Of a stretch of DNA of 64,000 nucleotides, positions 14,175 to 27,234 are shown one piece after another (the first letter of the stretch is position 1; each line of letters opens with the position of its first letter). This DNA is from Hydrolagus colliei. Lineage: Eukaryota. The notes under the pieces are model-generated. The model saw only the letters and a program-made list of their open reading frames with translations. It searched no databases and had not been told where the DNA came from. Location: NCBI GenBank assembly GCA_035084275.1, contig CM068748.1, positions 15,934,001 to 15,998,000 of the forward strand, written 5' to 3'. Made by a program: the position numbers and the translations under genes.

Positions 14175-14455
14175 ATCAATCAATCAATCACTTACATTTA
14201 TTTAACGCTTTTCACGTCAAAAGGACATCCCAAGATGCTGTACAGTTAGGTAGGGACAAGAGCAGGGGGGGAAGGAGAGCAGGAAAGCCGACTATATTTG
14301 TGGGCGAAACACAGCAGCCAAATTGCACACAGCAGTGTCCCACAAACAGTCATGAAAGTGGGATTAGGGGAAAAAGGGGGGAAAGATGGCAAGGGGAGGG
14401 GTTGGGGTAGGGGATAGGAGAGCAGGAAAGCCGACTGTATATTTGTGGGTAAAAC
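14175..14455 (-). mobile_element. Composite SINE/L2-tail fragment with internal duplication
   Basis: (CAAT)n + L2-like tail, Deu SINE segment (14290-14355), and a duplicated 38-bp junction. Confidence 0.75.
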
Positions 14456-17034
14456 CAGAAATACTCAAATTAGGAAATATAGTGAATAAAGAACATGCAA
14501 AATGGAATGCCAGCCGAACATGAAGTGGATTGTTTGTTGGTGGCTTACAGGCACAATTCTTCTAAAGGGGAAGATTGGTACCTTACCAGGCAGAAGCTAG
14601 AAGTGCTGTGTGGGTGAAGGGAAGAATGGAATTGTAAACAATGTATTGACTATTCAGTTTCAGCTGAGTTAGGCATCTCAGAAGGTAAGACTATATGACT
14701 AAATGAAGGTTGCCAAATAAAGCAAAATAGCTAATGTTTCCTAAACTAATTTCAACTTGAATTCAAAACATGAACTCCAAACACTTCCTCCTCCAGATAT
14801 CCTTCATTACTTTGGCAAGACAGTATTATTACGGTTTAATTTTCTACAAGAGAGAATTCATCGAGATTATGATCTTTTCAATTTAGGAAAGGAATGAATA
14901 AAAAAGTGAATCTTTACGTAACACAACTCTCAACATTTTCTTCACTATGTTCTTAAAAATATATGAATTATAGCATTTTAAGTACTATATTAAAATATTT
15001 AGAACGATGCAGAAATGAGTGTCTTGATCCATAAAATATACCCCTGCAACTTAGAGGAAATTGTATCTATCCTTGCAGCTGCTTTAAAGAGTGTTGCATT
15101 AATTAAGATTCATAAAGTTTTGTTGGTACTACTGGCAACGTTGCTGATTCATTATGCCACTTGGGGAATTCTGTTGAATAGTGGTGATATGACTGAGGGT
15201 TTATTCCCAAGTGTACATACCTTTTTTGGTAGCAATTTGTTGTGGTGGAAACATCAGTAATTGGGAAACCTTTATTGTACAAATTACATTGGGAAAGCAT
15301 GATGTATTCAATGTTTGATGGCAAAAGAAATCCCGTGGAGGTACATACCCAAGATTATTACTGCTCCATCTCAAGCAAATGTGGTTTGCTTGGTAGGAAT
15401 ACAGGAATGTAGCAAACGGAAAATAAAGGTCATCTCTTTCTTGAGCATGGTCAATTCAGACTACATTGTTACCAGCTGTCACATATCCAATAACTGGCAG
15501 ACAACTGTGGCTTCAAAATAACTGGCAGATAAGAGGGCAGAACTCTTTTACACTTGTGACATTAGATGTGGAACGTGATGCTTGATATTTTGACATTCCT
15601 AAAATACACTGTTAGATGGAAAGTTTGTACTAAGTTCCTTAGTTCACATCTGTGGCTTGTTTTCCACCAATTTATTTAATACTTACCTTACATCCCTTCT
15701 AATTGTTGCTGGTTATAAATACTACGTTCATAGGTGCAATACAATGTTTTGGGGATTGAAATGTTTTGTTGAAATCAAATCAAATAAATTCATAATTGCA
15801 GAATCTTTAATCTAACTGGCTCCCTCAACTCAGCTACCCAGTGTAAATGCTTTGATGTGATAAAAGGCGCGATATAACTTATAATTTGTGACTCCTCTAA
15901 AATTGGGCACGTAGATGTCATATTTCAATTGGCTTTCAAACTGCACTGCGGGGCCTCAATTTGTAATGAGCCTTTCATGTTGAAATGTGCATCTTAAAAC
16001 ACTCATCAAGGATTGCTTCAGGACTAGACGTAACTTCTGAGAAAAAGGACGTTGACGTTTGGGGGGGGACATTATTAAATCAAGTTTCTTAACAAGGTCT
16101 TCAAGTGCATTATATTCTAAACTGCACCTTAGATTCCTCCAAGTTCTGTGAACCATTTGCCCATGCACAAGAATCCTCCCAAGAGTTAGAGTGAAAGGGT
16201 TTGAATTATAGAAAGCCATTATCCACACCTGAGTCTAGGAGCACAGCAACATGCAAGAAAATGGGACATCATCTTTCATAATTTAACAGGCTAAATCTCA
16301 ATAAGACAAATTCTTTGGGATGCTCAGATTCCACATTCATTTTGAGCTCATTTTCAATTTATGATGAAGGTTACAGTGAGATGCCACATATTTTGTATTG
16401 ACTTATGACATGAAAAGGAAGGTCAATTCACTCTTAATGTAACGCATCAGGCATAGTTGAGCTAAATAAATCCCAAATCTATTATGTGATCACTGGGCAT
16501 TAGGAACACTGGTGAAGCTCAGATTTGCTCTGGCTCATCAGATTAGATACAAAGGTTTTGAAAATTTTTAATGACATGAAAGCAGCTGTTGAAAATATAC
16601 CATCAAGTTGCTTAGAAAGGCCAGTAAAGGGCAAATTGTGTCAGTTACCATGAGTAATAGATTTAAAAAGACATGTAAGCAAGTGGAAGGGCCAGCGCAG
16701 AAATGTACTGGCTTGTATTTGTTGATTTTACATTTAAGTGCAATGAAGGCATCTATGTGCAATATTTTATAATTTTTTGTGAATAGAATTATTTGTAATC
16801 AGTTTCTACCGCTGTTCATATGACATAATTATACCGCTGAATGTGAAAGGTATCAGTTCCAACATTAAAGAGATTATGAATGGAAATCTGATTACACATT
16901 CTGTTGTAAATCGCATTGGCCAGTCATAAGATTATACAGACTGTCGATTTTGTGAATATATGAATATGACTATATATTCTATAATATAATAACTAAGGAC
17001 CCAATTTCAGGTTTTACATTTTTTATGTTACAAA

Positions 17035-17245
17035 GCCACTTCTTTGGTAGCATTTATCAAAGCTTTTCACATGGTTTTTAAGTAAAGTGGAATTCCAAAT
17101 GACTGTGCAATTGTGGGTGAATGGAGCAGCCAATCTGCACACAGCAATGTCCCACAAAAAGCTGTGTCGAAATTTTACCTTCTGGATTGATGGCCAGGAC
17201 ATTGGGAGATTCTCTCTTGTCTCTTCAAACAGTACAATGGTTTTC
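17035..17245 (-). mobile_element. Old Deu-domain SINE
   Basis: GCAGCCAATCTGCACACAGCAATGTCCCACAAA and GGCCAGGACATTGGGAGATTCTCTC…TTCAAACAGT. Confidence 0.75.
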
Positions 17246-19557
17246 ATTAATTGCTCCAAAATTCTTAAGGGTGTGATTTTGGCAGAATCCAAATTGGTTC
17301 ATTGTTTTACCCTGCCACTTTTTTGCATATGATCTGACAAACCTGGCTCTTATATGATTTGTCTCTTATTTTAGATTGTGCTGGTCAATTCCAATTTTCA
17401 TTCTGCTTCTCAGAATGAATCACTGCAAAAAGCCTGTGTAAACCAATACATTGCTTGCTTCAATCAACGTCTTGAAACTTACAAGAACACATATTTCAAA
17501 AGCCTTTGGTTTAGTGAAACGTTTCTTTAAAGTTTCAAGAAGTCTTTCATCTCATACGAATAGCCAACTAATGAGTAAATTTCAGGAGTGTACTGCAGAA
17601 TATTGATGCTGATGTGGGAATAAACTCTTGATGACTTGATGTTGAGATAAATTTCCTTCTATCTGTGTTGAGATCTACCTCCTTAATCTGTGCTAAATGC
17701 AACTCTTTATTTCTTTTTTAGCATGAACAAAAATAGATTTGTGATCTAGGAAAGGAAGTGTAAGTTCTCTCAATTTATTCAAATGCTTTGGTTAGAAAAG
17801 TCAGCAATCAGTGCAACAACCTCTGCTATTACAGAGAGCAAGACAGTGTGATTAACGTTTTGTTGAGGACGAACATCCCAAGTGGCTCTTGCTTCAGGGT
17901 TGCTCTCCGGAATGCTCTGTTTGCACAGAGTGATGTGATGTGTGACGCCGATTTTCGTCATGCTGTGCTCTTGAGTAGAATTATTCCGCTTTGGGAATTA
18001 GAGACCAGGTATTTCCTCACGCGAAAGGGGTGGTAAACGAAAATTGCAAGACTGATTGCTGTAACTGACAAAGCTGTTCATTCGATGGTTTTAATTTCCA
18101 CTTGTACAGTGAGCACTGGGATGGGCTGCCTCTTTATGGTATCTCCTTGCATTCTATCAAGAAAAATCTACCTTATGCTTTTAAAAAAATTACTGGTCTG
18201 GTTAGATTGCCTGCTGGGTAAATGTGCTCCCTTAATGAAAGAGATTAACATCATCCCTTTTCCTCCTCCTGCAGACAGTCAAGTTCCTAAATTACCATGA
18301 TGTGGATGGAGTGTGTGTGTCTGTGCTGCAGTGTCACACTTCAGCACTGCAAAACACCATGCTACAATACTGTAGCCTTAACACACACATAGAAAAATGA
18401 ACTGTTGACAGCAATGTTTTGACTTTAAAAGGTTTTTCTTTATCATAATGCTGTTTGATGAACTTAATTAATGGTAATCATTCAAATTTGTTTGAGAACA
18501 TTGCACACAAAAACCAGGAAGTTTATTTACAATTTACATCATCAAATTATGTACTTACAATAATCTTTTCCCTGTGCATTTCAAAGATTATGCCCCATTT
18601 GATGTACCATGATGAAGGTCAACCATCCTCAATTCTTGGATATCCTTGTCTTTCAAATTTAAGATCTTTAAATGTTGTAGTGATGATATGGTGATGTTTG
18701 AAGAGATCGCATTCCAATTGATTAACTTTTAAACATTTTTATAGAAAAAACAAATGGAATGTTAGCTCAAACCATTTTAGTAAACTGTAAGTAAAACAAA
18801 TCAAGTATCAAAGTGCAGTATATTCCTTGACTGTAAGAAAACCATTGAAGTAAATTATTTGGATCGGCTCAAGAGGCTACTGGTAGCATTTCTGTAGAAA
18901 GGAAAGATACTGAGGAGCCTTGTAAGTGACACAAAGGTTTGGCCTAATCCTAAAAAGTCATATACAGTATTTGATAGATGTTTAAATTGTTACCCATACA
19001 TTGCTATGAGAGTCGCTGTCTGTATTTTAAGGTTACTCGCCATCAGACAGAAGTTTGGAGCTTTAGAATCCCTAGATGACTTTGGTAAAGGCATGTCTGG
19101 TAGAGATCTAACTTGCACATCAACTAGACTCTACTGGCATCTCTGCCTAAATGACTCTGTGCCCACACTTGGAGTAAATTACAGGATTGTTTCTTTCACA
19201 ATGAGTTGGTTTGCTTAATCATGCATTTGCATGGAATATATTAATTGCTAACATTCTGGTTGCTGTTCAGTGGATATGTGGAATGCCCTAAAGTTATATT
19301 AGATAAAGATTGAAACTGTTTGACTGCAAGATTCCTTAAAACCCTTTATAAGGACACCAGCTGGATGCACAATGTGCAATAATAATTCACTTCTGGTACC
19401 TTGGTGTAAATCATATGTCATTTGCAGCAAACATGTCAGGCAAACATGTTGTGAATAAGCCATGGGGAAAAAAAATCCTCAATAAAATTAAACTATTATT
19501 TTTGTTGAGGAGCTTAACTCTAAAGCTTAGGCGCCTAACATTGTCATCTTGATCTAG

Positions 19558-19641
19558 CAGCACACATTGCTGATGGTATCCAACAGCAATGTGTGCTGGT
19601 ATCCAAACAGCTACGAAAAATAAATTTTTCGTAGCTGTTTG
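19558..19641. repeat. Two adjacent perfect inverted repeats (15-bp and 18-bp arms)
   Basis: CAGCACACATTGCTG/CAGCAATGTGTGCTG and CAAACAGCTACGAAAAAT/ATTTTTCGTAGCTGTTTG. Confidence 0.95.
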
Positions 19642-22224
19642 ATAAGATACAAAGTGAACTTATGCATTTAGGAAATATAGCTCCATTGTAAAGCATCCTT
19701 GTCACATATACATGCAGAGGAGTATCAAGATGCTTTCATGGAACTTTTTCATTACATTATTTACAATATAATAGATTAAGTATGCTGACAAATCAGCGCA
19801 TGTATCGCAGTTGCTGTTAAATATTTAATTGGTCAACGCATACGTGTGTTCTTAATTTTTGTGCTTGCTGATGCAGGATTACATTTCATTTGGACAGTTG
19901 CCATCTTTCTTCAGTTTCTTATCATACGGTTAAATATTTTATTTTGTATTGTTTTTACTGATGATTTGCTTTCACTAGTCTAAAAGTGTTACTTCCTGTT
20001 CTCTATCTCAGAGGGTGGAAAATGACTTGTTCTGGTATGGTATGTAACCAACCACCAACATCATTAAGAAGTTGTAGGAGAGAAATCTTCTCCACTTTGG
20101 TAAGGTTCTGGTTTGTGTTGAACACCCACCGATTACCCATCCAATAGTGGAACTGTGTTTATCATTTATCATTTAAATGGCAGCAGCGCATTTGTATAGC
20201 AATATGCCAATAACACCAGAAAGAACAAATTTACAGAAAAAAATCTTCATCATTGGAAATGCTAACTTCAGATTTTGGCAAAAACCCATCCCTTTCCCCC
20301 AAATGATTCTCTTCAAATGAATTCTACAACCACATTACTGCAGGTCAAATTTTATATTGATCAGAGTTAGTTGACATCTGGAGTGGGGCCAGTTATGGAA
20401 TCACTGTTGTAATTATTGGGCTTTAAGTAAATGATCATAAGCCAAGTGATTTCATTCTGGGAGATGATCGCATTCCCCAATACTTGACACACAACCATAA
20501 ACTATAATGTTGTCCCTGCAGGTAAAGAAGGATGTCGTTAAATGTTGAGACGGAATTGGCAGGTGTCCGCAAACCTTCTGCATAGTTTCCGTTGTCAAAA
20601 AGAAATGAAGCAAGATGGAGTGCACACAGTTAGTGTGGTCAAACTCTTGGGCAATATGGGTGTTTTTTTATTAATGCTTAATCAAATTGTGACAATTCTA
20701 AATATGAAAGGATGTTGAGTTGCAATCTGAGCACAGTTACAGTTGAGTTACTTATTTTGTGTAACTGTAATGAGCAATAATACTATTGTTACTCAGCAAA
20801 CTGCAGGAGCAAATTTTCTATCTTCCCATGAATTACATGCTAAGCTTCAACTTTGCTAACCCTGCAATTGATTGTTGTTCTATTTTGTGCTTGAATTGGT
20901 GACTCCGTTTTCAAAAGTTAGACCCATTTTTTCACACCATTCATTGAATTGCAACAGCATAAATCTAACAGTGTGAAATATGGATCATAAGGTATGTTTA
21001 TATGGCTAATTACTTGTTAAGATGATTTATTGTATGTTCTTCAGTAACTGATAAAGCCACCAATTAGCTCAGTGGTTTGACAACTTCACTCGCCTTTATT
21101 TATTCCAGACATAAGTGATCTTGGCATATATTGTTTCTCGCATGTGAGAAGTAACTGGAGAATTTGGAGAAGAAGAAAAGCAAATTAAAACTGTTAACAA
21201 TAGCACACTTGATTAGATAAATGTGGTGCAATTGTGCTCTTGGAAAGACTGGAGGTATTGATAAGATAATAATGTAGTTTCTGAATAAACTCCAGTATTA
21301 ATCACTTCAGCTGATTTGTATATTGCTTTTCACTGGTGTTATTGGTGTGTAAAACTAGCTGGGTGAAAATTCTGCTTTAAAGGCATGCAAGTTTGCAAAA
21401 AAAAAAGGACTCGGAAGGTGGAAATGTTTGTGACAGTGACAAATGGCCAAGGTATATAGTTTTCTCATAGCTTCATGACATGGGAATCAATTCTCGTCTC
21501 CACTCAATAAACGAAAAGCCTCCTGAGGAATCTATGTGCCACACAGTGCAATTACATGTGAATGGTTTAACCCTCTCTGCAAAGGTTCTTGTATGCGTAT
21601 CTGCCTTATTACACTGAGCAGACTTGTTGGAAAATTATTCCATTGATTTGATAATCATAGAAATAATAGCACTTTTCTGTATTTACCAGGTGCTGTCTTT
21701 TGCCAATACTATTACTTTGGTATTGAAGATCAGTCAGTATTCAATAGGCGAGTGAATACCATATTACAGCTTCAATGATGCAAGCACTCCAATGCTTTTT
21801 GCTATCCTGCCAATGCTACATCACTATTCTATCCAAAAGAGTTTTCAACCCTTTTGACTTTACTTCCTGTGTTAGTAATTGAGTTATTATGATGTACATC
21901 ATATGTATATGATATACATATCATGTATGTATATAAATGTAAGGATTATTAGTATATTATTATATGATGAGCATTATATTTGTATGTTGAAGTAGCGATG
22001 AGATAGAGGAAATAACTCCTCAAATGTTATACCAAGAATATTTGTTTTGTTTTCAGGAAAGTCTTGTTAACAGGTAAATGCAAAAGATTAAACCATCTAG
22101 GTAAAGAAACAGAAGCGTTTGAAATGCTTATTGGTGCAAATGTACTGTGTTCTCCTAAAATTGTCAATGGTTCAAAATCTTTGGAAATTACAACAATCTA
22201 TAGTTTATTCGGCAATAGAGAGGG

Positions 22225-22412
22225 TGCAGAGGAAAACTATGGTGGTACCAGGGATGAGTGATTTGATCTGTACGACTGGAGGAACTGGGACTTTATGCAG
22301 TTTGGGGAAAGGCCAGCTAATGGGACTGAAATGATTATTTTCGAGGGAGACAGCACCAACATGAGGGTTCCAATGGCTGCCTTTTGTCACATAAATTTCT
22401 ATGGTTCTGTTT
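22225..22412 (+). mobile_element. CR1 LINE 3' UTR/terminus
   Basis: …GCACCAACATGAGGGTTCCAATGGCTGCCTTTTGT…TTCTATGGTTCTGT, a CR1-type hairpin plus TTCTATGA-type tail. Confidence 0.65.
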
Positions 22413-22966
22413 TCAACAATATGTTTATGTTTTAAGCAGAAAACCTATTATTAGATGATGCAAGGAGATAGCACAACGGATTGCTACACATTCTGGAGAC
22501 AACTCCTCAAACTGTTGATTTAAGGAGTAGAACCTAACAGAGACAATATGTCTTCTCACAGAAGGAGGCAATATGAGAGGAAGAACTGGTGTGATCCACT
22601 AACCCAGCTGTTCACTGTCAGTTTAAAGCTCACCATGTCTTCCACTGCCAGGCTGTGATTGCAGTTAGTTTATTTATACAGGGTGAAGGGAGACCTGGTG
22701 GAGAAAACAGAGTCCCTCAAAGGAAACAAATACAATTGTGCAATGTTAGAAAATAACCTAGAATATTTCAGGTGCTCTAATTTATTGTCTAAACATTATT
22801 AATATGCAATTCACATTTGATTATACCTTGAGCACTTCAGTGTTCCTCATCCATAGTGAAGTAAATGGTTGCATAGAATATCTTTTAATGTAGGCGAACT
22901 ACTACTTTCAGACAAGTTGGTTAGTCCTTACTCACCTGAACTGCTGATTTCTCAGTAGCTGAAACA

Positions 22967-23078
22967 ATAATAATAATTCTTGCATTTGACTTAGTGCCTT
23001 TTCATGCCTTCCAGACGGTTCAACGTGCTTCACGGAATATACTATAAAATTAATTGGCTCTACATTTTGTGGGCAAAA
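22967..23078 (-). mobile_element. SINE2-1_CM-like 3' fragment
   Basis: (AAT)n TCTTGCATTTGA…GCTTCACGGAATATACT…TTTTGTGGGCAAAA. Confidence 0.88.
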
Positions 23079-24414
23079 ATAATTCCAATGTGATCCATTA
23101 CCTTCAAAAAATTAAACATTCATGACACAGGCTTTCTTTGAAAGAGTGGAATGAATAAAAACAATTCCCCGTGTCTTGTTCAGCAATTGATGGACTTCTG
23201 AGTTAGCAGCAAGGATGCAATTTTTATTAACATATATAAAGATATCAGCAGACGAGAAAATATGCTCAACGCTTCATGTACACTAACTTAAAAACTAAAT
23301 TTGAAGTACTTGGAAGATTTTAATACATTGATTCACAAAATGGTTAGGACCTTTAGGAATTTAGGTAAGTAAGAGGGACTATTCTGCAGATTTGTTATGC
23401 ACTGTAATGTTCACCTTGCAGTTTCAAGACAGTTACTGATGGATAAGGATCCTCCTACCATACATAATTTGCCATTGATTGGTTCAGAAAGGCTATAAAG
23501 GGAGTTAGTGTGAGAACCGGGAAATCTTACCCCTTGCACAGCACTGGAGCAGATTAATAGAAAGTTTATTCTACTTGTTATAACTGATATAACTGCTATA
23601 ACTTATCTGGAATACCTTCATAGCATAGTAACCGATTTCTCAGTACTGATATTCATCAACTTAATCAGCACACAAATTCATCCAAATTTTAAAGAAAAGT
23701 GTAAAATGAACTCTGGTTTTTCCAACTATATCATATTGTTTTGTAACCAATGCATTTGGTTGTTATCAACTTTTTAAAATTTTAATTCAAATATGTATTA
23801 TGGAATGATTTATCCATCCTTGGCATGGATCAAATACATGGACAACCATGCTTCAGTTTGCGTGGGAGTGAAACAAAGAGCAGCAGCTATTTTGGTCTTA
23901 TTGCAATGATGCTGAATTGAGGCAATGATTGTGTGATCATATGTGATTGATGGATATTCATTAGCTGTTCACAAACAAGTTTTTTTTAATATGAAGGTGC
24001 AACTTTTATTGTATTAAAAAGAACCAGGAAATAAACGTTAATTCATGCAATTCCCCTGCAATATGTATTCTTGGTCTAAGCTTGAATGTTGAATAGACAT
24101 CATGAGCAGAGTCCCTTATTCATAGAGAGAAAGCAACAATGATGCACAAACTGAAGACCTCATGTTTTTCAGCTGCACATTTCTAACTCGCATTTTGATC
24201 TTTGTTTTCCTTTAATATAAATGATTTCAAATTCACCTGGAAAAACAACAACAAATTCCATTAATATACCACCTTTCATGTCACTTTGCACCCAAGCTGG
24301 TAGTTAAATCAGCACATAATTGAAATCCATAGAGTGTGCGAAATGATTCATTTTAATTTATTTGTGATATTCCAAACCCATTACAGATGAAGGTGGTGGT
24401 TGTGTTGATTCCAG

Positions 24415-24600
24415 GTCCATTGATGTTCTGTCCACTGCCTGTCAGACATCAAGGCCAGGATGAGCCACAGCTTACTGCAAGATGGAGCAATTCTCCTTTG
24501 CTCCTGTCGTTGTCTCCTCACATCAGGCTCTGACCTCTCTGACGCCTCTCTCAAACTCATAGAACCAGTGCACAACCTTGGCATCTGGTTTGATATTCAG
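24415..24600 (+). mobile_element. L2 LINE RT C-terminal fragment
   Basis: Translates LSHCLSDIKARMSHSLLQ… and PVHNLGIWFD (L2 consensus CL.DI..WM..N.L.LN / VRNLGV.FD). Confidence 0.75.
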
Positions 24601-25231
24601 CGTTTTGGTTTGGTGGGAAGGAATAATTTTTGAATTGTATCTTTACACCCACCTGAACAGGTCGGCATATAACCTAAAGGACAGCACTCTCAGAAATGCA
24701 ACTTTCGCCCAAAATTCCAATGTGGAGCTTGAAACCATCTGCTGACTCATAGGCTGGAATGTTATCAACTGAGCCAGGCTTGTATTCCAGAGGTGTGCTA
24801 TCTGTAAAATGGCCAGTTTAGTCTTCAGATGGAAAAGAGAATCATGTGGAGCATTTGTTGGAGAAGTCAAAGTTAATAGCTATGCTGATAAGCCATCCCT
24901 TGCTGTGGCTGGAAATTGATCTGGTCTGCAAAAGAAAGAAATGTGCTTCATTTAAAGTGACTGAAGCAAACAACCAGTGTGATTGTTTTCTGGGGGATAA
25001 TTTACAGCAAAGTGACCCAGCCATTCATCAAACCAAATAGACAAATTTTCTCTTATGCTTTTATTTTAAGTTGGATGGCAGTGGAAGGTTAATGCACTTT
25101 TACAAAAAAAATAAGCTGGCAATTAACATTACTGCTCTTCTCGTGTCTAATGAATGGCCATAAACCCTGAGAGTAAACTTGACTTTTTATTGATATTCGA
25201 CTACTTTTCTAACTTAGCATTCAGTCACATA

Positions 25232-25555
25232 AGGGTCAGCTTGATTCAGGTGGTAGCTCTGTGTCAGAAGGTGGTGTGTTCAGCACCATTTGGAGAGTTG
25301 AGCCTACAATCCAGGTTCACACTCCCGGGCAGCGTTCAGGCAACCCTACATTGTTGTATGTCAGTCGTGCAGTTTAATATGAAAAGCCTCATGACACTAT
25401 TCAAAAAGAGAAGGGGGTTATGCCTGGCACCATGCCTGTTATTCCTCTGGATTAATTGATCATTCATTTCTGGGACCTTGGTGTGCATAAAATGGCAATC
25501 TGCAAAGCTCTTTGAGATGTCCCCCTGACATGGAAGGTACTATATGAAGTGCTAT
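25232..25555 (+). mobile_element. Near full-length old SacSINE1-like DeuSINE
   Basis: tRNA-like head (GTCAGAAGGTGGTGTGTTCA), CACTATTCAAAAAGAGAAGGGG, TGGGACCTTGGTGTGCATAAAATGGC, and an L2-like tail. Confidence 0.7.
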
Positions 25556-26067
25556 TCAAATATAATTTTGTTGTTGTTGTGGGGATTATTATTATTATTG
25601 AGATTCCTGACGGAAACTTAATTTCCGTAATTTGTACCATGGATTCCAGATTTGCTTTGCAAACTCTAATTCTACTTCAGATCTATCAGTGAAAAGTAGC
25701 TGTTAAACAGCTTGCCTATAAAATGCTTGCCTGAAAGGAAGAGTTACAGCATAGCAATGTTCAATGTGCCCCATCCTTCCTTGAGATCAAGTCTTTCATA
25801 GAATATGAAAGGTTTTTTTTACCAACTAAGCGAAATATGGGAAACTATATTAAGTGAATGGGACTGTTTTGGATGAATAAATTGTGGTCTTCCTTTCATA
25901 TGAATTGTTTCAAATATGCTATAGTTATTGTAACTGGATTGGATGGGATGAGGTAAAGTCCCACTAACTAGGTCACAACAACAGAAGATGGTTACAGTGA
26001 CAGAAACTGCCCAGCAACTCTTTTCAATAGTATTACCCGAATTTCAGGGTCAATCATAAGCTCGTGG

Positions 26068-26077
26068 CTAAAAATAG
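26068..26077. promoter_or_regulatory. MEF2 consensus site
   Basis: CTAAAAATAG exact match. Motif only, in an AT-rich background. Confidence 0.3.
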
Positions 26078-26782
26078 CAAACTTTTTACAATGTCTGTAA
26101 TGGAAGATGCCATCATAAAGTCAGAGAGTGAAAAGATTGCAATATGTAGCAGTCAATGTATGATAAGCTCCAATATATTTAAATGTTTGTACTGCTGGAT
26201 CTGTCAGTCTTGACTTAAGTTATAGTTAAATAACATACTACAATACTATGCTTCTTGAAAGTACTTATGCTGACCTAGATCTCAACATTGCAAACCCATT
26301 AGCCTCCTGAAATTTGTGCAAATTATTGCCAAGCAAACGATCATCATACCAAAGTGATTGAAAGGTTAGCATGAAGGTCTCACTTCTATGACAAGATACT
26401 TTGGTAGCTTTAGAAAAGCATTGAATATCTGAAATGAAATTGTCTATGAATGGATTTTTAAAAATCTGTTTGCAGTGATGTGTTTCTACTGGGAATATAC
26501 GTCAGGTAGACAGCCCAGAATGCCGACTGTTCTGAAAGGTATTATATTAATAGAATCTGTGAAATTAATGTGTATTTTTATACACACTTGGGAAAAACCT
26601 GGTGAGAACTACTGACTCAGAACTGTTTTCTTTAAGTAACAGACCACAGTTGAGGAATTGTAGAACTGTTATAATTTGCAAATTGGAATGAACAATTTTT
26701 ACTCCATGGTTTTCTGATTCCATCTTTTCAAGGCATTAGATTTCATTATCAGATTAATTCAAGGCATTAGATTTAGCATTAG

Positions 26783-27175
26783 ATTTTGCCCACAAATATA
26801 CAGTCAATTCACTTTACAGTATATTCTGTGAAGCGCTTTGAGATGTCGATAAGATGTGAAAAGCGCTACATCAAATGCAAGGATTATTATTATTAGATTC
26901 CCTTTCGCTTCTACTGCATTATGTTTTGCCCACAAAATATACAGTCAATTTGCTTTACAATATCTTCTATGAATATATGAGATGTCTCAAACACTATCAA
27001 AAGCTATTATTATTATTATTATTATTCTCTGTTACTTTACACAAGTCACCATTGGAATTCACTGTTATGTTTGCCTACAGATATGGTCACTACACTTTAC
27101 AGTAAATCTTGTGACATGTTTTGAACTATTTTGATGATTTGATAAGGTGCTATATCAAATCCAAGATTTATTATC
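26783..27175 (+). mobile_element. Three stacked SINE 3' fragments (26783-26895, 26922-27024, 27063-27175)
   Basis: Each starts near TTTGCCCACAAATATACAGTC and ends in an (ATT)n-type tail. Confidence 0.88.
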
Positions 27176-27234
27176 ATTTCAGATTAAGTTTATTTAGAAA
27201 CAGTACCTCCAGGCCCCACACTCATGGCCTGGCT

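Noticed and set aside
17722-17759. 38-nt cryptic exon (TTTTTTAG|CATG…AAGT|GTAAGT)
   Set aside because: Early in-frame stop, weak exonic side of the donor, and no other support. Expected by chance.
19604-19641. Rho-independent terminator or pre-miRNA
   Set aside because: Vertebrate intron context; the stem is too short and the loop too small for a Drosha substrate.
21889-21935. Short palindromes in an AT/GT-rich patch (also 51279-51299, 58392-58415, 6723-6754)
   Set aside because: Low complexity or arms of about 9-10 bp or less, compatible with chance in AT-rich DNA.
25279-25300. REST/RE1 site (TTCAGCACC…GGAGAG)
   Set aside because: Non-canonical spacing, and it overlaps the B-box region of an old SINE.
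26783-27175. CRISPR-like repeat-spacer array
   Set aside because: The units are diverged SINE tails in eukaryotic DNA; there are no constant-length repeats or cas genes.
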